In this document: positions 34,528-39,476 of the stretch, in pieces
How the letters are laid out: the number at the start of each line of letters is the position of its first letter
Position numbering within the stretch: position 1 is the stretch's first letter
Position numbers and translations under genes: made by a program
Notes under the pieces: model-generated
Database searches by the model: none
What the model was told of the DNA's origin: nothing
What the model saw: the letters and a program-made list of their open reading frames with translations, nothing else
Assembly (NCBI GenBank): GCA_001774075.1
Contig: MEYR01000004.1
Span: forward strand, 1-39,476
Reading direction: 5' to 3'
Length of the DNA: 39,476 bases
DNA from: Candidatus Azambacteria bacterium RIFCSPLOWO2_01_FULL_44_84
Lineage (GTDB): Bacteria > Patescibacteriota > Minisyncoccia > UBA10092

Positions 34528-34854
34528 ATGAACTTCAGTGAATTAAAAAAATTAATGGGTGAAAACGGCAGGCTTGTCATCGTCGAAAATGACAAGGCTG
34601 CGTATGTCGTTTTAACCGCCAGAGAATTTCTGGCGCTGCCCGCCTCTGTTAAGCTTTCCGCCGGAAGCGAGACTCGTCGAGAGTGGCAGGGGAACGAACC
34701 GGAAAATAAAATCACCAAATCGGTGTCAAAACCCGAACTCACGGCCGGCAAGAAAAGCCCCACTTCGTTCGCCAATTTTGAAGATACCGGAGAAGCTCTC
34801 GGACTGCAGGATATAACATTCGAAGATTTGGGTATTGACGAGTTGCCAGAATAG
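34528..34854 (+). CDS. hypothetical protein with a Phd/YefM-like N-terminus and an acidic disordered tail
   Basis: 108 aa; 'GENGRLVIVENDKAAYVVLTAREFLAL' resembles the antitoxin beta-alpha core. No toxin partner is adjacent. Confidence 0.45.
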   Translation: MNFSELKKLMGENGRLVIVENDKAAYVVLTAREFLALPASVKLSAGSETRREWQGNEPENKITKSVSKPELTAGKKSPTSFANFEDTGEALGLQDITFEDLGIDELPE

Positions 34855-34864
34855 GGGAGTGCCT

Positions 34865-34893
34865 TGACAGAGCAGAAGCTTTTGATTAATATA
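34865..34893 (+). promoter_or_regulatory. sigma70-like promoter upstream of tuf (implies a leader of about 230 nt)
   Basis: TTGACA (34865-34870), 17-nt spacer, TAATAT (34888-34893). Confidence 0.5.
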
Positions 34894-34949
34894 TTGATTG
34901 CATCTAAATGTATGGCTCCCCGCCCACTTTTTACGAAGTAAGTAGTTTG

Positions 34950-34999
34950 GCGGCGCGCTGCGCCCAACAAGGGTTCTGCTATTCGCAGTCGCGCGCCGC
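34950..34999 (+). other. GC-rich hairpin in the putative tuf leader
   Basis: 'gcggcgcgctgcg' pairs with 'cgca(gtc)gcgcgccgc'. It resembles the hairpin at 31099-31133. Confidence 0.6.
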
Positions 35000-35128
35000 A
35001 AGAGATTAAGAAGATTATTCTTAACTCGAATCTATACTTTACAGTCATGGTAAAAAGTAAGCGGGATGCTCATATTTTTAGCTAAAAATTTTCATTATTA
35101 AGAAATATAATTCAATTTTTAGAAAAAT

Positions 35129-36322
35129 ATGGCAGAAAAATTCGAACGAACAAAACCGCATGTTAACGTAGGTACTATCGGTCATGTTGACCACGGTAAA
35201 ACTACCCTAACCGCTGCGATCACCCATGTTCTTCACTTGAAGGGCTGGGCGAAGAAAGAAGAGTCGGTCAACGACATTGATAACGCGCCGGAAGAAAAAG
35301 CGCGCGGCATTACGATTGCTCTTCACCACTCGGAATACGAAACCGACAAGCGCCACTACGCTCATATTGACGCTCCCGGGCACGCCGACTATATCAAAAA
35401 CATGATTACTGGCGCCGCTCAGATGGACGGCGCGATTCTCGTGGTTGCCGCCACCGATGGCCCGATGCCCCAGACCCGCGAGCATATTCTTTTGGCCTAC
35501 CAGGTAGGTGTTCCTTCGATTGTTGTTTTCCTAAATAAAGTTGACCAGGTGAGCGATCCGGAATTGGTTGATCTTGTTGAAGCTGAAGTAAGAGAGATTT
35601 TGACTAAGTATCATTTTCCGGGCGATAAAGTTCCAGTAATCCGCGGTTCAGCTCTTAAAGCTTTGGAAGCAAAATCGGCTGATGACGAAGCGGCTAAACC
35701 GATCATGGAATTGGTTAAGGCGTTGGACGAGTCTATTCCCGAACCAGTCCGCCAGACCGACAAACCTTTTCTTATGCCCATAGAAGACATCTTTTCGATT
35801 GAAGGCCGCGGCACTGTCGTTACCGGCCGTATTGAAAGAGGTATGATTAAATTGAACGATGAAGTTGAGGTTATCGGCCTCAAACCGACTCAAAAGACAA
35901 TCATCACCGGCATCGAAATGTTCAATAAATCCCTCGATGAAGGTCGGGCAGGCGATAACGCTGGTATTTTACTGCGCGGTTTGAAGAAAGAAGACGTCGA
36001 GCGCGGCCAGGTTTTAGCCAAGCCCGCTTCTGTCACCCCGCACACTGACTTTGAATCCGAGGTTTACGTTCTGACTAAAGAGGAGGGCGGCCGCCACACT
36101 CCATTTTTCAGCAACTACAAACCGCAATTCTATATCCGCACTACCGATGTTACCGGAAACGTTGCTTTAGCGCAGGGCACCGAAATGGTTATGCCCGGCG
36201 ATACCGCTAAATTTACCGTCCAACTTATTGCGCCGGTTGCTCTTGAAGAACAGCAAAGGTTCGCTATCCGCGAAGGCGGCAAAACTGTGGGAGCGGGCGT
36301 TGTGACCAAGATTTTGAAATAG
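35129..36322 (+). CDS. tuf: elongation factor Tu
   Basis: 'GHVDHGKTT', 'DAPGHADY', 'NKVD'; 397 aa. Confidence 0.99.
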   Translation: MAEKFERTKPHVNVGTIGHVDHGKTTLTAAITHVLHLKGWAKKEESVNDIDNAPEEKARGITIALHHSEYETDKRHYAHIDAPGHADYIKNMITGAAQMDGAILVVAATDGPMPQTREHILLAYQVGVPSIVVFLNKVDQVSDPELVDLVEAEVREILTKYHFPGDKVPVIRGSALKALEAKSADDEAAKPIMELVKALDESIPEPVRQTDKPFLMPIEDIFSIEGRGTVVTGRIERGMIKLNDEVEVIGLKPTQKTIITGIEMFNKSLDEGRAGDNAGILLRGLKKEDVERGQVLAKPASVTPHTDFESEVYVLTKEEGGRHTPFFSNYKPQFYIRTTDVTGNVALAQGTEMVMPGDTAKFTVQLIAPVALEEQQRFAIREGGKTVGAGVVTKILK

Positions 36323-36395
36323 GCTGCAAATGTACAAATTTTACGTATGTACAAATTTGTAAATTTGTAAGGATTTGTAAATTCGTAACCTTTAA

Positions 36396-36722
36396 ATGGT
36401 AAAAACCAAAGAAGAAGTAAAGCAAAGAATAAGAATCCGTATCCGGGCGTACGATAACAAGATTATCGATTCTTCGGCCAAGCAAATTGTTGAAACGGCC
36501 GAACGACAGGGCGCTGAAGTTTTGGGGCCTGTGCCTCTGCCAACGGAGGTTCACAAGTACACCGTTAACTCGTCAACCTTTGTGCACAAAAACAGCCGCG
36601 ACCAGTATGAAATGCGGGTGCACAAACGATTGATTGATATTATGAACCCTACCCCCAAAACAATCGACGCGCTGATGAACTTGAACTTGCCGGCGGGCGT
36701 TGATATAGAGATTAAGATGTAA
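36396..36722 (+). CDS. rpsJ: 30S ribosomal protein S10
   Basis: '[25 protein letters not shown]', 'GPVPLPT'. Confidence 0.97.
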   Translation: MVKTKEEVKQRIRIRIRAYDNKIIDSSAKQIVETAERQGAEVLGPVPLPTEVHKYTVNSSTFVHKNSRDQYEMRVHKRLIDIMNPTPKTIDALMNLNLPAGVDIEIKM

Positions 36723-36795
36723 TTCGTTTTTCGGGTAAAGTCGCTAAAATGCCCCCGAATTGGGGGTATTTAGTTAGATAGCATTGATTCATTCT

Positions 36796-36867
36796 CCTAC
36801 TCCTACGAATTACGAATATTTTCGAATTACGAATATTCGCAATTCGTCATAATTCGTAATTGGTAGG
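36796..36867. repeat. CCTAC-(ATTACGAAT)n hairpin element, copy 4
   Basis: 'cctactcctacgaattacgaatattttcgaattacgaat' pairs with 'attcgcaattcgtcataattcgtaattggtagg'. Confidence 0.85.
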
Positions 36868-36877
36868 GATAAAATTT

Positions 36878-37507
36878 ATGAAGTTTATTTTGGGGAAAAA
36901 ATTAACGATGAATCAGGTTTTTGATGAAACGGGTCGTGTGACGCCGGTTACTTATATTGAGATTGAACCGAATTTCGTGACGCAGGTAAAAACTCAAGAC
37001 AAAGACGGCTACAGCGCCTTGCAAGTCGGCACGACTAAAACCAAAAAAGTTTCAAAAGCGAGGGCCGGCCACCTCCAAAAAATCTCAAATCTCAATTCTC
37101 AAATCTCAAATTTGCGCGATTTGAAAGAATTCAGAATGAGCGGGGAGGAAGCGAAAAATTTTAAAACAGGAGACAAATCGGAAGCCGACACGTTTGCGCA
37201 GGGCGACACGGTGACCGTCATTGGAGTTTCAAAAGGCAAGGGTTTTCAGGGCGTTGTTAAGCGCCACGGGTTCGCGGGAGGGCCTGCCAGCCACGGCCAG
37301 AAAGACAGGCACCGGGCGCCTGGTTCTATCGGTTCGTCTTTTCCGGAACACGTTATGAAAGGCATGAGAATGGCCGGCCGCATGGGCGGAGAAAAAATTA
37401 CGGTGAAAAATTTGAAAGTTATTTCGGTTGACAAAGAAAATCAGTTGATCGCGCTTTCGGGCGCGGTGCCGGGAAGAAAAGGCAGTCTGGTTATTATTAA
37501 GGGATAG
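36878..37507 (+). CDS. rplC: 50S ribosomal protein L3
   Basis: Start at 'MKFILGKKLTMNQVFDE' (the track TTG at 36860 lies inside the repeat). 'GKGFQGVVKRHGF', 'PGSIGSS'. Confidence 0.95.
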   Translation: MKFILGKKLTMNQVFDETGRVTPVTYIEIEPNFVTQVKTQDKDGYSALQVGTTKTKKVSKARAGHLQKISNLNSQISNLRDLKEFRMSGEEAKNFKTGDKSEADTFAQGDTVTVIGVSKGKGFQGVVKRHGFAGGPASHGQKDRHRAPGSIGSSFPEHVMKGMRMAGRMGGEKITVKNLKVISVDKENQLIALSGAVPGRKGSLVIIKG

Positions 37508-37621
37508 AACCTTATAACAATAATTTTAAATTTTTAATTTTAAATTTCGAATCAAATTCGAATTATTTAATGTTTGAAACATTCAGACATTTAAAATTCA
37601 TTTAAAATTCAAAATTTGAAA

Positions 37622-37656
37622 TTGAAAATTAAAGAAAACCCCCGCAGTTGCGGGGG
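37622..37656 (-). terminator. rho-independent terminator for the minus-strand cassette
   Basis: The minus strand reads 'cccccgc aact gcggggg' followed by 'ttttctttaatttt'. On the plus strand no T-run follows the hairpin. Confidence 0.6.
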
Positions 37657-37697
37657 ACGTCGGCGGGGTTTGAACCTGCTGACGATTTGGTAGGGAA

Positions 37698-38549
37698 CTA
37701 GTAGGGAAGCCAGACCTCGGCTCCTCCTGGTTGCACGTAGAGACGGCAGCCGGGAGTTCCCGGATAGCACAACGCTGTCCGGGATGGCGGCAGGTTTAGC
37801 CGTTGGCCGTAGTAGCCGGGAGGCGGGCCGCCGTAAGTGAAGATCGGTGTTAGGACGGTTACATGCGGGACTGGCTGCGGCTGGTAAGCCGGAGCCGGCG
37901 CGTAGTACGACGCATTGATCGGGGGGCCGGTCGGCCCCCCCTCGCTCCTCGTGCAGTTGCAGGGAGCCGGAGCCGGCACTGGAGCCGGCAGTTGCGGCTT
38001 GGGAGCTGGCGCCGGAGGCGCCAGGTCTTTCTTCGGCGCCGGAGCCGGCTTCGCCGGCTTGGCTGGGCGTTCCCATGGCCGGTCGCCGAACTGGCTGACC
38101 GGCGGGGCCACGACTCTGACCTTCTCCATCCGAACCACTGCCGGCGAAAAGCCGGCGAGGTTTGCGATGAGAAGCATGCCGAGGCCCGCAAGCGCCAGGC
38201 CCAGGAAGAACCCAAGCCAAGCGCGCGGTAGGTTACCGCGCGAGCGCCGAGACGCCGCGGGAGGAGCGACAGAGGCCGGGGGTGTGGGAGGGGTCGGCAG
38301 AGTGCCGCGGCGGCGCGGGGCGGCGGGAGCCGGAGGCGGGGTTGGAACGGGCGGAGTCGGTGGGACAGGTGGTGCCGGAGGAGACGGAGACGTTGGCGGG
38401 GCCGGAGGCCTGGGTGGCCGTGGCCGCCGAGGCGGATTCGTTCCACCGACGGCAGACCCGCCGGAAAGCGGAGCCGAGCCAGCCGGAGGATTTCCGGCGC
38501 TCGCGCGGAGTTGCGCCACCATTGCGGCGCGTTGCGCTGCAGTTGCCAT
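37698..38549 (-). CDS. proline-rich single-pass membrane protein (283 aa), no family recognised
   Basis: ATG preceded by 'aaaggaggagtagacc'. Central TM 'AWLGFFLGLALAGLGMLLIANLAGF' preceded by 'RRSRGNLPR'. PPAPP/PAPAP/KPAKPA runs on both sides. The other five frames are also open, so the frame choice rests on the SD and the TM helix. Confidence 0.55.
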   Translation of the reverse strand: MATAAQRAAMVAQLRASAGNPPAGSAPLSGGSAVGGTNPPRRPRPPRPPAPPTSPSPPAPPVPPTPPVPTPPPAPAAPRRRGTLPTPPTPPASVAPPAASRRSRGNLPRAWLGFFLGLALAGLGMLLIANLAGFSPAVVRMEKVRVVAPPVSQFGDRPWERPAKPAKPAPAPKKDLAPPAPAPKPQLPAPVPAPAPCNCTRSEGGPTGPPINASYYAPAPAYQPQPVPHVTVLTPIFTYGGPPPGYYGQRLNLPPSRTALCYPGTPGCRLYVQPGGAEVWLPY

Positions 38550-38563
38550 GGTCTACTCCTCCT

Positions 38564-38692
38564 TTATGCGCTACCAGAGCGCTTGCAGTTTTTCCAGTTT
38601 TTCAGTAGCAAGTAACCGAGAATTAGCCAGCCTCCAGGCAGAATCAGCAGAGGGATTATCCACCACTTATACCACAGCTTCTGTTTGGGCAT
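38564..38692 (-). CDS. possible 42-aa hydrophobic peptide (or simply the 5-prime UTR of the downstream ORF)
   Basis: MPKQKLWYKWWIIPLLILPGGWLILGYLLLKNWKNCKRSGSA. Its stop lies inside the SD region of the 283-aa ORF. Its own SD (GGAG, 1 nt from the ATG) is poorly spaced. Confidence 0.3.
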   Translation of the reverse strand: MPKQKLWYKWWIIPLLILPGGWLILGYLLLKNWKNCKRSGSA

Positions 38693-38749
38693 TCTCCGCT
38701 TTCTCAAGCCAAATATTCAAAATTGACAAACAACCGATTTTATAATAAC

Positions 38750-38778
38750 ATTTTAGCATATTTTTAGCCAAATGTCAA
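38750..38778 (-). promoter_or_regulatory. near-consensus sigma70-like promoter facing away from rplD
   Basis: The minus strand reads TTGACA (38778-38773), 17 nt 'tttggctaaaaatatgc', TAAAAT (38755-38750). Confidence 0.5.
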
Positions 38779-38785
38779 GGGATTT

Positions 38786-39424
38786 ATGAAAGATATTAAA
38801 GTATATAACCAAGAAGGGAAAGAAATAGGAAAATTAGAGCTCAACGAAGCCATTTTTAATTTGTCTTGGAATGCCGATCTGGTTCATCAGGCTTTAGGCA
38901 AGATTTTGGCTAATTCAAGGCGAGTTTTAGCCAATACCAAGGATCGCGCTCAAGTTTCGGGCGGCGGCAGAAAACCTTGGAAGCAAAAAGGCACCGGCCG
39001 GGCCAGGCACGGCTCAATCCGCTCTCCTCTATGGAAGGGCGGCGGCGTGTCTTTCGGACCGACAAGCCAAAGGAACTTCAAAGTCAAAATAAACAAAAAA
39101 ATGGCTCGGAAGGCCCTTTTGACCGTTCTTTCCGCTAAATTCAAAGACAATGAGCTTTTGGTAATTGACCGGCTGAAATTGGCTGGCGCCAAGACCAGGG
39201 AACTTTCAAAAATTTTGGGGGCGTTTCCCAAAATCAAATCGGCTTTGGTGATTCTGCCGAAAAAGGACGATGATATTCTGCGCGCCTCAGCCAATCTTCC
39301 CGGAGTGAAAATAATTACGACCGACAATTTGAATATTTTTGATATTTTAAAATACCAGAATGTGTTTTTAACTAGAGATGTCGTCGATTATCTGCACAAA
39401 ACTTATGGTAAAACTGTTAAATAA
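38786..39424 (+). CDS. rplD: 50S ribosomal protein L4
   Basis: 'GGGRKPWKQKGTGRARHGSIRSPLWKGGGVSFGP'. Confidence 0.96.
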   Translation: MKDIKVYNQEGKEIGKLELNEAIFNLSWNADLVHQALGKILANSRRVLANTKDRAQVSGGGRKPWKQKGTGRARHGSIRSPLWKGGGVSFGPTSQRNFKVKINKKMARKALLTVLSAKFKDNELLVIDRLKLAGAKTRELSKILGAFPKIKSALVILPKKDDDILRASANLPGVKIITTDNLNIFDILKYQNVFLTRDVVDYLHKTYGKTVK

Positions 39425-39476
39425 ATTATTCGGTAAAAAAGAAGAGTCGAAAAAGGCGCCGGCCACCGCCTTCGGC
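39405..39476 (+). CDS. rplW: probable 50S ribosomal protein L23, 3-prime partial
   Basis: ATG at 39405 opens a frame (MVKLLNKLFGKKEESKKAPATAFG..) to the window end and overlaps rplD by 20 nt. Called mainly from S10-operon order. Confidence 0.4.
   Translation, partial: MVKLLNKLFGKKEESKKAPATAFG

Noticed and set aside
33430-35048. Antisense ORFs of 234 aa (33430-34134) and 220 aa (34386-35048) over fusA and the fusA-tuf spacer
   Set aside because: The first is a shadow of the unmistakable EF-G frame. The second runs across the fusA stop, a hairpin repeat and the opposite-strand 108-aa ORF, with no RBS.
37657-37697. A tRNA-like T-arm ('caggttcaaaccccgcc' on the minus strand) that might mark a tRNA-derived attachment site for the GC-rich insert
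   Set aside because: Only a T-loop-like hairpin with a mismatch is present. There is no acceptor stem, anticodon arm or matching direct repeat at the other end of the insert that I could find.
37915-38745. The 276-aa Gly/Ala-rich plus-strand ORF, and the other long ORFs in the GC-rich block (37609-38220 -, 37859-38446 -, 37863-38231 +, 38282-38608 +)
   Set aside because: All six frames are open simply because the block is GC-rich. Only the 37698-38549 minus frame has an ATG with a well-spaced AGGAGG, a clear hydrophobic TM helix with positive-inside flanks, and a matching promoter and terminator. The frame choice still needs experimental support.
38723-38746. TTGACA ... TATAAT on the plus strand as a new rplD promoter
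   Set aside because: Both hexamers are perfect, but the spacer is only 12 nt, outside the functional 16-19-nt range. I could not find a convincing plus-strand promoter for rplD.
1-39476. An alternative genetic code (UGA reassignment as in some CPR lineages)
   Set aside because: TGA terminates several well-conserved genes at the expected length (for example ndk and the MoxR gene), and no conserved protein needs read-through.

Overview
The window reads as a core chromosomal region of a small-genome bacterium. It is probably Patescibacteria/CPR-like; that is an inference from compact housekeeping proteins (an Mfd of about 700 aa, a split ComEC) and word-like AT-rich spacers, with no search run. 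The genetic code is standard (TGA is used as a stop). Left to right the genes are: topA-dprA (-); a Bat-like cluster (MoxR ATPase, DUF58, a large anchored exoprotein, vWA, TPR, vWA) followed by a secreted trypsin-like protease; mfd (-); three tiny membrane-protein ORFs; pth (-); lepB, hisS, a HIT protein, rpsU, a YqeY-like protein, ybeY, ftsA, ftsZ, and comEC plus a separate MBL ORF; a HAD hydrolase and a deoxyribosyltransferase-like protein (-); ndk; a 228-aa orphan; rdgB, tRNA-Pro(GGG) and rpmB (-); an M50 protease; a low-GC toxin/antitoxin-like pair; then rpsL-rpsG-fusA-(small ORF)-tuf-rpsJ-rplC-(insert)-rplD-rplW'. No rRNA, CRISPR array, transposase, integrase or recognisable defence gene was seen. 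Three things stand out. (1) A 1.28-kb GC/proline-rich cassette on the opposite strand, with its own promoter, Shine-Dalgarno (SD) site and terminator, separates rplC from rplD. (2) Several families of palindromic, MITE-like repeats are present; some are inserted in frame in essential genes (topA twice, mfd twice, pth, rplC, probably ybeY and rpmB), and some supply SD sequences or start codons. (3) Two 308-bp copies of a composite repeat lie in inverted orientation around an 11-kb block of core genes. All product calls rest on motifs read by eye from the translations. No database search was possible.
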